A stretch of DNA of 63,963 nucleotides, filler included, from Thelocarpon superellum (Eukaryota), in the NCBI GenBank assembly GCA_026025795.1. It is 4 parts of 4 records of this genome, joined end to end, with 100 filler letters (N's around TTAATTAATTAA, not from the genome) between each part and the next. Parts side by side here need not be neighbours in the genome. Positions count along the whole stretch, not along the records: positions 1 to 17,947 come from JAPEUG010000367.1; positions 18,048 to 35,924 come from JAPEUG010000368.1; 2 more parts are not named here. One strand, 5' to 3'. The notes beneath the pieces are model-generated. The model saw only the letters and a list, made by a program, of their open reading frames with translations. It did no database searches and had not been told where the DNA came from. Numbering within the stretch: the first letter of the stretch is position 1; each line of letters opens with the position of its first letter. Shown one piece after another: positions 11,432 to 23,400 of this stretch. The translations under genes and the position numbers were made by a program.

Positions 11432-14400
11432 TCAATAGATGCCCTGACTCCGGTATTGAAAGGTATCGTATCTGCCATCACACCCCAATCACATTAGCTG
11501 TGTCTTTTCGTATTCCGGCAGCGACACGACAATAACCACCATTCCGACGACGTCAAGACAGAGGGATGAAGACGACGAGACTCACAGTCGCGTATAATAA
11601 CTGCCCATGGATTTTCCAATCAGGTCCGTCTCGACATAATGCTCCGCTGCCTCCTGGCTCAGCTGGAGCTGGAACCGCTGCCGCAGACTCGTTGTCACTT
11701 GGTCGACCCCGGCCGCAAAACATGGCATCTTGGATTCTTTGCCCATGATCTCCACCAGGGATACGATGTTCTCGGCGGATTTCCGCAGGGCTAGATGGGG
11801 CCGGGAGTGTTAGCCTGGCAAGAGCTGGGTTTCGCGCAGGTAGGGTGAGGTGGGTGGGAACCTTGGAATGCTTGCTTGCACAGCTGGGTGAACTCCTTGA
11901 AGCCAGCTGATTCCGTTCCTCCGAGTACGTCGATATATTCTTGCGTTAATTTGAACGGCGCAGCTTCAAATCCCACGGATCCCGGAGAGTTCGAGAGCAT
12001 GAAGCCAAAGTCGATATGAATGATATCTGGACTCTCGTCAAGACTATGACCCCCGTGCCGCTGCTCCATCTCGACTCACTCCCGTATTCGTCAATTAGGA
12101 TATTCCCGTTGTGTCGGTCCTTGAGCTGGAGGATATACGAGATGATGCTGTACGCAGCCAGTGACCGCACGAACGCTTGCGCGGCGGCCTTATATGGCTC
12201 GGAACCGGATTTACCAAATGACTGGGGGACGATGAGCATCGTTCTGATCCATCCGAGACGACCGATACACACCTTTAAAAAGTGATCTCTCAATGTTGCA
12301 ATCCGGCCGCGGGGATTCTTACCACCCGCAATCATCGCAAGCGTAAGACTGCGCTTGACGGAGTGGAGAGACACTCCATTGGTGATGGTCTCGATCAAGC
12401 CCGATGACTTTTGCTGTTAGCGGATGTTGAACATCCTTGCGGACGGTGATGTACCTCGCCCGTCACCAAGATCCTCATTCGTCGAACCCAGACAGGCACG
12501 TCCGCGTCCTGCCAGATCTTCCAACAGACTTGGATGAGCTGGCAGGCAAAGGCCTCCTGTCTCAGATCGGCCCCGGTCTTGACAATCACGCTGATCAGAT
12601 CCCACTTTTCCACCGATCCATACGGTGATGATCGCCGAATCCGCTCCTTCTTGGCCGTCCACTCTTCGCCGATGGTTGCCGCGCTCGGGTCATCCTTGTC
12701 GCCCCTCCGCTCGACGCCTCCGGTCTTCTGGTCATTTTCCATCCGAGCAGCCCCGGCACTGCGCTTGAGACCCGTCACCGGGAGAGCGCCTTCGTCCAGC
12801 GCGTCCGGCATCGTCGTCGTGCCCGTGTCGGCCGTAGCCAAGATCGTGTCGAAAGTCGGCGTATCCTGAGGCTCGTCGGCGTTGAAATTCTGCTCCTCCA
12901 GCGTCTGCATGCTGGCGATGATTTTAGCTTTGATGGCGGCCACCTCATCTCGTGGCCGCTTGCTTCCACTCGAGTCAAGCTGGGTCAGCATCTGGGCCGC
13001 CGTCCGCATGTGCGTGGCGAGAGCGGAGAAGTCTGGCGGTTCGCTGGTTGGAGGACGCTGGGTGGAGGATGATCGGAGCGGATTCGCATCTCCCCGAGAC
13101 GCATCAGATGTGCGAGGAGTCGACGGCGCTGACTCGATGGAAAGTAGATCCAGCCCCTTGGGAAGCCTGGACGGGGTCGTCACGGAGCTCCTGCCCGAGT
13201 CCCCGCTCAGTTGTGGCCCCTTGGACCCGTCTGCCGTACCTTGGATCAAGGCGGAGCTACCGAGATCCCCAGTCGAGGGCTCAAACACACTGTCGACCGC
13301 ATCTTCCACATCCGGAGCTCTTAGGCGGGCACGAGACGCATTGGTAATGTCAAAGATGCGGCGGCGGCTGGTGCCCTTTTCCAAGCTCAGTCGCGTCACC
13401 AGCCTTTCGTTCTCTGGGGTCTCGGGGTCAAAGTCAAAATCCTCGCGGATCACTTCTATCATGATGAGATAAGGCACCCGTTCCGCGCTATTGAGAACGG
13501 TCGCTTCGGCGGGGTTCAACCGGACGACGCGGTGATGCCGGCTCTTGCCCGGGGATCCGTCCGGCAGCGTGGCCGGACAAAGAACGGGAATATCCACCTC
13601 GGCGGGGAGATCCTGCGCGATCAAGGCCAACTCCGCCCTCAACGCGCTGAGACGAGCGGCCTTGGGGACGACGACTAGGCGATTGGAGATATCCTCCAGC
13701 GCCGTCAGAAACTGGGTTTCGCTGCGAAAGTAGTTCAGGCGTAAGAAGGACACTTTCTCGGCGCGAGACATCGTGGCGATGGCTGGAACCGGGGACTTCA
13801 GATACTGTGAGTGAAGGCGCAGTCGTGGAGTCAGCGGGCGTGGTGGGTTGATTGATGACGGCGTCTGCGGCTCAGAACGGATGTTCAGGCGGTCAATGTC
13901 CGGCAGAGATGAGGAGCTATGTGTAGGTCGGGATGTCTTAAGCTCCGCAAGTGACGGCCGATGGGCGAGAACCACCGGCGAGGTTTCCGCAGGAACTGGG
14001 GCGAGATTCAATGAGGCGCCGCTGCTGGTAACGCTTCGCATGGGCTTGGGGCGATGGCCGTTGGCGCGTGGCTTGCCGGCCGGGTTGTTCCGCCGGACCT
14101 GAGCGGATCGGTCTCGCCGTGTCCGAGGTGAGGCTCCCCCAACGGTATGGCTGCGAGATAATTGCTGGGTCTGACTGGCGTCGGCGATGGTGTCGTCCGA
14201 CGGACGGGGTCTCCGGGCTTGCGCCACGGCGAGAGGGCCTGCATAGTGGGGGAGAAAGGGGGTGGCGATGCTAGCCAAGACGAAGCTTGACAAGACGGTG
14301 ACGGGCATTATGTTCTCGGACAATTTGTTCCGCCGCGACCCCTCCTCCCCTCCGAATATAATATGCTGAACCTTGTTGAAGACTCGGCGACACGTCTTGA

Positions 14401-14859
14401 AGGCATCGGATTGAGGATTGCCCGAGAGATCGTGGAAGTAGGTTTGAAAGAGCCAGAAAGTCTGCGGCAATGTGTCGGGTCAGTCCGCTGTCTCATCCCG
14501 GGAGAGTCCATTCGGTATTACCAACAAGGCCCCGTTGGCCGACTCCTCGCACAAGTCGACGATGAATTCCTCCAGGGCCATGGAGTCGTTATCGATACTG
14601 ATGCGCAGGTGGCATAGTTGCGGCAGGAAGAACTCGATCTCGTCATAGCTGAATTGTCGAAGCTTGGAGCAGAGGACATATTGGATGCCAACGTGGTCGG
14701 CATAACGGCTATGACCACGGTGCAGAGACAATTAGTGGACTGGCGGATGTACAACGCGACCTGGGAGGATGACACGTACGATAGATATGCCACCGACAGG
14801 AATGGATCATTATTGAAATGCTCGGACTCAAGGAACCGCTTCAGCAGGTCCCAAGACAT
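11432..14859 (-). CDS. PIK1: Phosphatidylinositol 4-kinase Pik1 (multi-exon)
   Basis: [42 protein letters not shown], catalytic [12 protein letters not shown] and [22 protein letters not shown]. The last exon reads [12 protein letters not shown] (TGA 11434-11432). Confidence 0.96.
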
Positions 14860-15675
14860 TGGTGGAGGTTTCCATCAAGCCGATGCACGGATGGAGCCAC
14901 GATTCGTCCTTTCGCGGCGGGCCTCGATCCAAGCAACGGCTGGAGGCGGGAGAGGCTGATGCTCATCCAGTCATCGTGCCGCGACGCCACCCAGACAGGG
15001 ATCGGATCTATTGGTATCAAGCTAATTAGGACAGGTCTACAGCGGGGATAGAACAGTCTCCCAATCAGAAGAAATTCCGAACGCCGTCCTAGGCCATGGG
15101 GCCTTGCGGTCGATATGACGCACCGAGAGTGGCACATCGGGACCCGAAGGTAAAACTGTCACCTCCGCTACTCATGCTGCTATTCCGGGCTCCTACAGGG
15201 CACACAGAACTGTGTCGAGTTCCGCCCACAATATCATCTACCTGATCCAGCAGACCGACTTGTTTACGCTATGACCTGCGGCGACCTACTACATTCATCA
15301 GAAAATTCGGCCACGCAATATTCCATTTCAATGAACGACCCTGGTTGTGAAATCGCACTCGGCTACATACCACTCTGCTCTGCCGCCACACTAACCACGT
15401 AAGCAAAAGCCTCTGACTGTGCTCGCTGCACTTGCAAGTACGCAGAATGGCTACGATGCGTGGACACTTCTTAAGTAGAGAGATCAATTCAGCTCAAAGG
15501 GTCAACTAATACGAGCTCCAGAGCCAGCAAGTCACATCATCGGACCCCAAATACCGTGGAACGTCTGGTACGAAGTAGTCACATAACTAAATACTTATAA
15601 CGCACGAATCGCCGATTTGGCCTGCTCCGGACGAGTAACCACTGGAGCGAGAAGATGGACGAATCACACGTCAGG

Positions 15676-15931
15676 TGTGAGGCCGGGAGCTCCACGCCTC
15701 GCCGCGAGGATAGTAGAGGTCACGTGACTACCACGTGATGGTCACATGATACAGCACATGACCTGGCACACTTTATATAAACTGAGTCCCACTGCGAGCT
15801 AGCAGAGCCCCAGCGTTCAACTCAAGTAACACAAGGAGGCTAGTCATAGGTCTATGAGCCCTAGGAGCCACAGAGTCAACCCTAGTGACGACATCTACTG
15901 TTTCCGCCTAGCTGTAGGCCTCGTCGTCACA
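15676..15931 (+). mobile_element. Probable solo LTR, family B copy 1 (~256 bp, TG...CA)
   Basis: Starts TGTGAGGCCGGGAGCTCCACGCCTCGCC (near-identical to 36688), contains paired CACGTG and a TATA-like TTTATATAAA, and ends GCTGTAGG...GTCACA like the second copy. No clear target-site duplication (TSD). Confidence 0.55.
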
Positions 15932-15936
15932 ACCTG

Positions 15937-16753
15937 ATGGAAAGGGACGACCTCTCTGGTGACGACTACTCTTACAATGACCTCGCCGACGGTGCTCTAA
16001 CTTCTCCTGTGTCCCCCCTTCAAGCTCTCTCGACCCCAAGCAGGAAGATAATAAGATACTTCAGTGGCCAAATGGTAAGTGTCAGACGCCCCAACTTGAT
16101 CTTTCTCAAATCCCAACATGGAAGCTGGCGTCACCCACTTTCTACCCTCGACAGAGTAACAGGCCGTGGAAGCCCCTATGGAGGAGCAGGGACAGGTCAT
16201 GGAGACTGCCACCGACGACTTCTCGAGTCAAGGCTTCCACCCGGACGAGATGGCGCCGCACTATACATCGGAATATTGACAATATCACGACTTCTGGTGG
16301 CTTGCCTCACTGGCCGCGCATATGACCTATTTCCTCTGCCGGCACGAATCTGTCGCCCTCCAACGCTTCCAGCAGCACCTCTATCAGGAGATGATGGACC
16401 TCCACTGTGAGAACCTCGCCTTCCCCGTCTGCCTGAAGCAATATGGGGACACCGATTTCCAACGCGCGGTGGCATCAAACCATTCTTTCCTATGGAACAA
16501 GGCCTGGAACCTAGACCCACACACCCAGCGCCATCCGCTCCAGTGTGAGATCGTGCCCAGAGACCTGACAGCAATCAAGGCGCACCCCAGCCATGTGCAT
16601 GCAACTGCGGTCACTCCCTCTGTCTACGAGTGCTTCCAGCGCCTCCTGTGGGCCCGGTACCAGAAGGCGATCGGGCCTCGTGTCTCCACTCCCAGGAAGA
16701 CCCTGGTCGAGGTCTTGGTCTCTGCGCTGATACGTCTTTGCTGGTCAAAATAA
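15937..16753 (+). pseudogene. Decayed gene of unknown function
   Basis: One frame (MEAGVTHFLPSTE*QAVEAPMEEQGQVMETATDD...EY*QYHDFWWLASLAAHMTYFL...) is interrupted by in-frame TAA (16157) and TGA (16277), both explainable by C>T changes. Confidence 0.45.
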
Positions 16754-17584
16754 GGACAGCCGATGACAGACTGCAGTGGTCATCACAAGGACCAAGGAGC
16801 GTCTCCGTCGTATGCACTGCCCAAGTGAGGGCAGAATCAGAGGGCGGGTGGACAGCGGCTAAGGCGATGGCTTCGCTAAAGGGAAGCCCTCGTAAAAGTG
16901 ATGTTCATAAAGCCGACAGCCTCGTTAAAGTGATGGCCTCTCGAAGGTGGGGGCTGCCACTACTCGTCATGGTCAATGGCGGAATAGGATATATACTGCT
17001 CAAGAGCCAGTCAGAAGGATTTTCAATACGTTCAGTTCCAGACAAGCACTCGCTGGACAAAATGTGCCTATTCATCCTCATTAGAGAAGCACAGGTAGCT
17101 GATACCTTTGCCTGGGCCAGATCGAAGGCATACCCTCCATCGCCACCTCAAAGCGCTGGCAGTACTCCTGGCGTATCGGTTACAGCTAAGCGCGGGCCCC
17201 TTGGAGCGCTGGGCGCGTGTGGGGTGACCTTCGGCCTGTGGGGGGGGTGGGGCTTCGCCTCGCTCTACCCGTCCTCCCACTCCGTTCGAACACGCGAAGC
17301 AAGGGAAAGGCGACGATGAAAAGACTAGGGCATGAGCAGGGATACATTCGGTCCAAAGCGCAAAAGGACCCTCATTTGGCTGCGTGCCACGTCAAGCCTG
17401 ACTTTGTTTTTACCATCAGCGACTAGTATAGTTGGTTTTTCCAAGGCGATGGTTGCCTCGTTGCCGTACTCATGTGCATAACACGAGGGTAAGGGGTGCG
17501 CTAGATGATAATTGCCTTACGTGCTGGCTCAGAAGGTGACCCTTAGCCCTAAAGATGCCAGCTATATAACCCGTCCTCCTGCCC

Positions 17585-17591
<7 letters not shown>

Positions 17592-17622
<31 letters not shown>

Positions 17623-17654
17623 CCCCCCCCCCCCCCCCCCGCCCCCGCCTCCCC
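17592..17654. repeat. Poly-C tract (C29-AA-C18 plus flanking C runs); G-quadruplex potential on the minus strand
   Basis: Directly visible homopolymer near the contig end. Confidence 0.85.
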
Positions 17655-17947
17655 ACTCGACAACCGTTTTCCAGTTGAACAGCTACGACTGCTCGTGAGT
17701 CTAAAAAGCCCAGTATCATAGCGCTGTGCTTACTAGCTCTTCGACTTATCTCAATCGCCTGCCACCATGTGTATTCGTAAATACATCATCTATGGGTGCG
17801 GCTGCCCAATGTACAGGCCAGTGGAGGTCTGCGCACAGAACTGTGGGAAAGTCATGGACCAGCAGGACGGGACTATGTCTGTACGCTGCCCAAAACACAA
17901 GAACAGCTACTAGGTTGGGTCCTCTTCCATCTTGTGGTCACGTCATG

Positions 17948-18047
17948 NNNNNNNNNNNNNNNNNNNNNNNNNNNNNNNNNNNNNNNNNNNNTTAATTAAT
18001 TAANNNNNNNNNNNNNNNNNNNNNNNNNNNNNNNNNNNNNNNNNNNN
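17948..18047. other. Artificial contig linker (N44-TTAATTAATTAA-N44)
   Basis: Exactly 100 nt, with stops in all six frames; identical to the other two spacers. Confidence 0.97.
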
Positions 18048-19490
18048 GGGCTGGGGCTGAGGCTAAGGAAGGTAAGCCGGGGATGGTAACAACAGGACGA
18101 GCGCGGGTAACTCACAATGATGAAGAGCCACCTGGGTTAAAGCCCGAGAAGAGACCGCCCATGTTCCCAAACCTAGATCCAGCCTTGCGAGATCCAGCGG
18201 CTGGGGCAGCGGCTGCAGGTGCGGGTGCAGCAGGAGCGGCTGGGGCAGCGGCTGCAGGTACGGGTGCAGCAGGAGCGGCAGGAGGCGCGGCCGCAGGTGC
18301 GGGTGCAGCAGGAGCGGCAGGAGGCGCGGCCGCAGCAGGCGTGGCCGCAGCAGACGTGGCCGCAGCAGGCGTGGCCGCAGCAGACGTGGCCGCAGCAGAC
18401 GTGGCCGCAGCTGGAGCGGCGGCAACCGGAGCGGCGGCAACCGGAGCGGCGGCTGCCACGGCGGCTGGAGCTGAAGCGGCGGCAGCTGGGGCAGCTGATG
18501 CTCCATCGAATTGGACCTGCGCCGGGGAGCCAACTTCCTGCATATTGATGGTGCCTCCGTTGGACGAGATGGACGAATAGGATCCCGACGTGCCGGAATA
18601 CGAGTATGATTGGCCGGTGGAGTAGTCAGTGACCGCGACAGACTGCACAATCATCGTGAAGGGTCCTTGGGACCAGTCGGTGGCACCCGCCCATCCTGGG
18701 ATGGTTAGCGTTGCCCATGTGCTGGCTCATGTGCCGGCTCGTCTGCTGGCTCATGTCCCCAGAGACTCACCATTAGGACCATTCGGGTTGTTCGCCGGGT
18801 CACCCGGGGCCCAGATGCCAATCTTCAGGGCCACGGGGGTCTGTGGGAGGGTTGTGCTGGTGGCGGTTGTTCGGCTAACCACCGAGACCCCATCGATCAT
18901 CCAATTGATCTCACCCTGTGTCCACTCGACCGTGTAGGTATGGAAGCCCGTCTGTGCGCCGGGAACCGATGGGTTGCCCGAGGTCGGTTCTGTTCCTGCT
19001 GGGGCGATACCTTGGGAGAAGAAGTTGGTCTGGATGTTGTTGGGATCTCCACCCAGCGCCTCCCAGTCAATCTCGTCGGCATCGTCTGACATCAAGACCG
19101 AGGCGCTGCAGATGCCGGAGCCAGGAGCAACCTGCATCACGGTATCGACCCGGCCGTACATGATATAGAATTTGCTGACCAACGTCGGCGAGTCGCCCGA
19201 CTTCGCCGCCGTGAAGGAGACGCCTTGCGGCCCGTAGGTGGGCGCTCCTCCGCCGATGTTATAAAAGGCATCCGAGGCTCCCTTGGTAAAGTCGAACGTT
19301 TGCATGCCCCCCAGCGCCGGATCGGCAGGACAGCTTGCTGGGCCGCCGTTAGACACCGCCCGCGCTGCCTGGCCGCATCGGAGAGCCTACCGTTTTTCAA
19401 GGGATTGCAGAACGTCTGTGCGTGCACCGCGGACATTTGAAGGGCTACACATAGCGCGAGGGCAGGGAGCGAAGTGAGAGTGCTCCACAT
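18048..19490 (-). CDS. GH16 Crh-family chitin/glucan transglycosylase with Ala/Pro-rich stalk; 3' end runs off the contig
   Basis: Signal peptide MWSTLTSLPALALCVALQMSAVHA-QTFCNPL, CPADPALG, FYIMYGRV, intact catalytic DEIDWE, FHTYTVEWT, PQTP, WAG..TDWSQGPFTM. The apparent TGA at 18114-18112 lies inside a GTGAGT donor (intron 18115-18063), so the CDS likely continues. Confidence 0.88.
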
Positions 19491-20299
19491 GGTCAAGGAG
19501 GACAGGGATGATTGGGACGGCCTGGTGGGTCAAGGAAATCACCACTCGAATAACACGGTGTTGAGCGTAGAGAACAGAGGACGAGCCTCGACTTATAGAG
19601 CAATGCCCTTCATCGGTACCCTGTATTGTCTTCTACCTGAGTTGATCCGCAGCGACCATGGAGGCCAACCCTGGCGGGTGACCATGATTTAAATCGGGGA
19701 AAGATCGCGCGTACAAAACACACTACCCATGTTCTGGCTGGAAGCAATGGCTTCTACGATGCGGTCCAGACATTGGAGCCATGGCGGATGATTCAAATGG
19801 ACGATCGGAGCGGCAATCGCTGGGATTTGGAAAGCAATAATCGGCAGATGGCAAAGGTGTGATCATGTGCCCGTGGGGTAAATGATCATCGACCGTTGAA
19901 GGGGACCGGTCTAGGCAAGTTTCACCTATGGACCGGGGAACGGAGCACCCAAATATAGCCGGTACGGCACCTCGATCGACCCTTTGAAGCAAACCTTTAG
20001 TCACGGCGACGATTAGTAGTCGCTCTTTTGGCTGGAGCTGCGGCAACGATCAGCCAACAGTGGGACAGAAATAGGTTGCACCCAGCGTTTTGACGATTAT
20101 TCTGAGAGGCAGAAAGACGTATGCGTCGCATGGACCAGGTGCTCATCGCTACGAGACTAACTGTTCCCAGCTGTAGCCCAAGTAGCTGCACCGCTACTCT
20201 CGGCGGCACCCAGAAGCAAACACCGCGACGGGGTGGACAGCCACGTCCATCCGTCCATTCGTCCATTCGTCGATCCGTCCCTTTGTCGGTCCGTCCACC

Positions 20300-20695
20300 A
20301 TGTCGGCCTCACCGACCAAAGCCACGTCCTCAACCTCACCTCCGCTACTAACCACTACCCCGACCTCGACCACGACCACGACGTTTCCAAGCACCACGCT
20401 CCCACCAGCCTCCACCTTCGACATCCTCCCGCCCCTGCACTCGCTCCTCGCACGCCTGGTGCCATCGCCGACGTCGCCCGATGCCCCGCTCGAGCCGCAG
20501 CATCTGGTGACGGAGGCCACGGCCCTGAAGATCCGCCTGCAGAAGGCCCGGGCCGCCGTTGACAGCCTCCCCGACATTCAACGACTGCCGGAGGAGCAGG
20601 CCCGGGAGATTGGCGAATTGGAGAGCCGCATCGCGAGTCAGCGGGACGTCTTGAAGGAGTTGGGAAGGCGGGCGAAAGAGGGTGGGAGCAGTTGA
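20300..20695 (+). CDS. MED9: Mediator complex subunit 9 (Med9/Cse2)
   Basis: LPPASTFDILPPLHSLLARL ... ALKIRLQKARAAVDSLPDI.R..EEQ..EI.ELE.RI..QR.VL is the typical fungal Med9 pattern; single exon. Confidence 0.85.
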   Translation: MSASPTKATSSTSPPLLTTTPTSTTTTTFPSTTLPPASTFDILPPLHSLLARLVPSPTSPDAPLEPQHLVTEATALKIRLQKARAAVDSLPDIQRLPEEQAREIGELESRIASQRDVLKELGRRAKEGGSS

Positions 20696-21079
20696 GCAGC
20701 ACGAGGAGGGATGGATCATTGAACCGATGGTTGGATTGATGGATCGTCGCGGGTGCATTGCGGTTACGCGTTACGTATACATGGTGTTCCCGGTTCAAGA
20801 GGTTCTGCGGTCCGTGGATGCGTAGCGGAGAGATGCGCAAGGTGAAGGCGCCGGAGTCGTGGTTGAGTTGGCCCCAGATGAACCAGAGGGCGGTGAGACT
20901 ATCGAGAGGGGATAAGAGAAGCGGTGGAGACCACACACCACACAACTACGACCCGAACGCCGACGAATGCGTTGAAGCACAAAACGAGCGCGGTCCCAGC
21001 TTACGCGACACAAACCATCATCCTCGGCCACGCCACGACGGTTGAAGTGTCATGACCACGCCCGGCCAAAGCATCGACA

Positions 21080-22683
21080 CTAGACGGGCAAGGGAAAGGT
21101 GGTGGCCCAGGCCGAAATCTCCTTTCGCAGCGCCAGGATCTCGGGTACCTCGCCACCGGCCACCTTGGCCTTGAAGTCCTTGAGTTTGTTGGCCTCCTTG
21201 GGCAGCGCCGCCTGCACCCGCTGCGTGATGCCGATCAGCTGGTCAATGTAGCTGGCGATCCGGCCGAAGTCGTCCACGCCGAAACCGCGGCTGGTCATGG
21301 CCGGCGCCCCGATCCGGATGCCACACGGCGTCAGCGCCGACTTGTCGCCAGGGATGGAGTTCTTGTTGCACGCGATGTTGGCCTGCTCCAGCACCGCCTC
21401 GACCCGCGCGCCGTCCAGCGATTTGGGCCGCAGGTCCAGCAGCACCATATGGCTGTCCGTCCCGTCCGCCACAAGCTTGTATCCGAGCCGTTTGAACTCC
21501 ACCTCGAGCGTCTTGGCGTTCTTGATCACCTGCTCCTGGTAGAGCTTGAACTCCGGCGTGGTCGCCTGTTTCAATGCCACGGCCAATGCAGTGATGGTAT
21601 GGTTATGGGGACCGCCTTGATGGCCGGGAAAGACGGAGAAGTTGATCGGACCCTCGAGATCATAGAGCGTCTCCTTGCCCGCCTTGGCGTCCACGGACCG
21701 CACCCCTTTGCGGAAGAAGATCATGGCGCCCCGCGGGCCGCGCAGCGACTTGTGCGTCGTCGTCGTCACAATGTCTGCGTGCGGAAAGGGCGAGGGGATG
21801 ACGCCCGCCGCAATGAGCCCCGAGATGTGGGCCATGTCCACCACTAGGTAGGCGCCCACAAGGTTGGCGATCTTGCGCATGCGGGCATAGTCGATGGTCC
21901 GACAGTAGGCCGACGTGCCCGCTACCAACACCTTGGGCCGGTACATGAGCGCGTTGGCTTCGAGCGCGTCATAGTCGATGATGCCCGTTTCGAGGTTGAC
22001 GCGGTAGGGAAAGGTCTCAAAATACGTCGAGACCGCCGAGATCCTACGTCGTGTCAACAGCCGCTGCCCGGCTCCTGCACCGAGGGGAATGGGTCACGGA
22101 CTTTTTCTGCGGGGTTTGGTATCCGTGGCTCAGGTGCCCGCCATGAGGCAGGTCGAGACCCATCAATCGGTCATGAGGCCGCATGATCGCCTGGTATACC
22201 TGTAGGTTGGCCGGGCTGCCGCTCAGGCACTGCACGTTGACCCCCCACTGGGCCGGGTCCAATCCATAGGCCTTCAGCGCCCGGGCCTGGCAGGTGAGCT
22301 CTATCTCGTCAATGTGCTGGTTACCGCCGTAGTACCGCGCGCCGGGATAGCCCTCGGAGTACTTGTTGGACATGGGCGAGCCTAGGGCATCAAAGACGGC
22401 ACGCGACGTGAAGTTCTCCGAGGCGATGAGCACGATGGACTCCCGCTGGCGTTGAATTTCCTTGGTCTGCCTCACCCACGCATGAGTCTTCGCCCGGGAC
22501 GCGTCGGCGGGTCACGCTGCCCACTCACCATAATGGCCGCAATTTCCGGGTCCGTCTCCTGGAGCGACTTCTCCAGGAGCTGTCCGGCTTCCGTCAGTCC
22601 ATGTCCCTCCTGTCCGGTGCCATGGAAGAAGTTGGACTGGAACTCACATCCTGGTGCGACTTGGGCAAGGCGTACGTAGCCAT
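21080..22683 (-). CDS. SHM2: Serine hydroxymethyltransferase, cytosolic (4 exons)
   Basis: [12 protein letters not shown] start with no presequence, [36 protein letters not shown]-lysine motif [24 protein letters not shown]. Confidence 0.97.
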
Positions 22684-23400
22684 GGCGGCGGTGTGCGAGG
22701 GGCAATGCTCACAGGCGCGGAGAGGATACACGTCGAGTAATGCTCACCCGAGCGGAGAAGGATAAGGGCGGGATGGATCGGTGGAGGAAGGACGAAGTCC
22801 AATGGCAATTGGGAAGCGTCTGGCTCTTCTCCCCCACCACTAGGGTCTCGCCCGCCCTTTATGCCCCGTGTCGCCGGTACCGGCAGCCGGATGACACGAC
22901 GAGATGGTTCGAATTTCTCCCGGGATTCACGCGACCCGGTGTGCCCCTCGCTAACCCGGCGCGGTTAGACCACACCTTGGCGTGTTCAACACGAAAATCA
23001 TTCGGTCGTCGTGAGGAGGACAAGGTGAGAGTGAGGACGAGCACCCACCGGGGCCAGGTCCCACCCCAGAAGCGGTAGCAAGTGGGGCGTCATCTGGCTA
23101 GCTCTACATGGATCATAGACTTGTTCATCGTACTACAGTGTACACGATGCATCCAGAGTGATGGATGCATGATACAGCGCCAGACTCCGATATCTCCGGC
23201 GCTTCGTTCAATTCAAGCTCCCAGGATTTTCCCCAGCCATTTCATGTCATCGCGCGCAACGAAGCCTCTTTTCCGCAAGATGCATGCCATCCCTCTTTCC
23301 GACGCGAGACGAAGATCTCTGCATCTTCACTTCACCCCCCGCCAAGATCGGGTCTTCCGGGATCCATTCAGAGTTGCCGCTTCTCGACCACCGAGTACGT

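Noticed and set aside
17512..17721. Poly-proline ORF
   Set aside because: A translation of the poly-C homopolymer starting at a non-ATG codon.
17992..18003. TTAATTAATTAA as a biological motif (e.g. piggyBac TTAA site)
   Set aside because: It is centred in N runs, identical at three places and stops all six frames: a synthetic spacer.
18063..18650. Alternative-frame repeat proteins (RPRLL, QQAWP, GAAAA) at the GH16 3' end
   Set aside because: These are other readings of the same Ala/Pro tandem repeat; only one frame is continuous with the GH16 domain.
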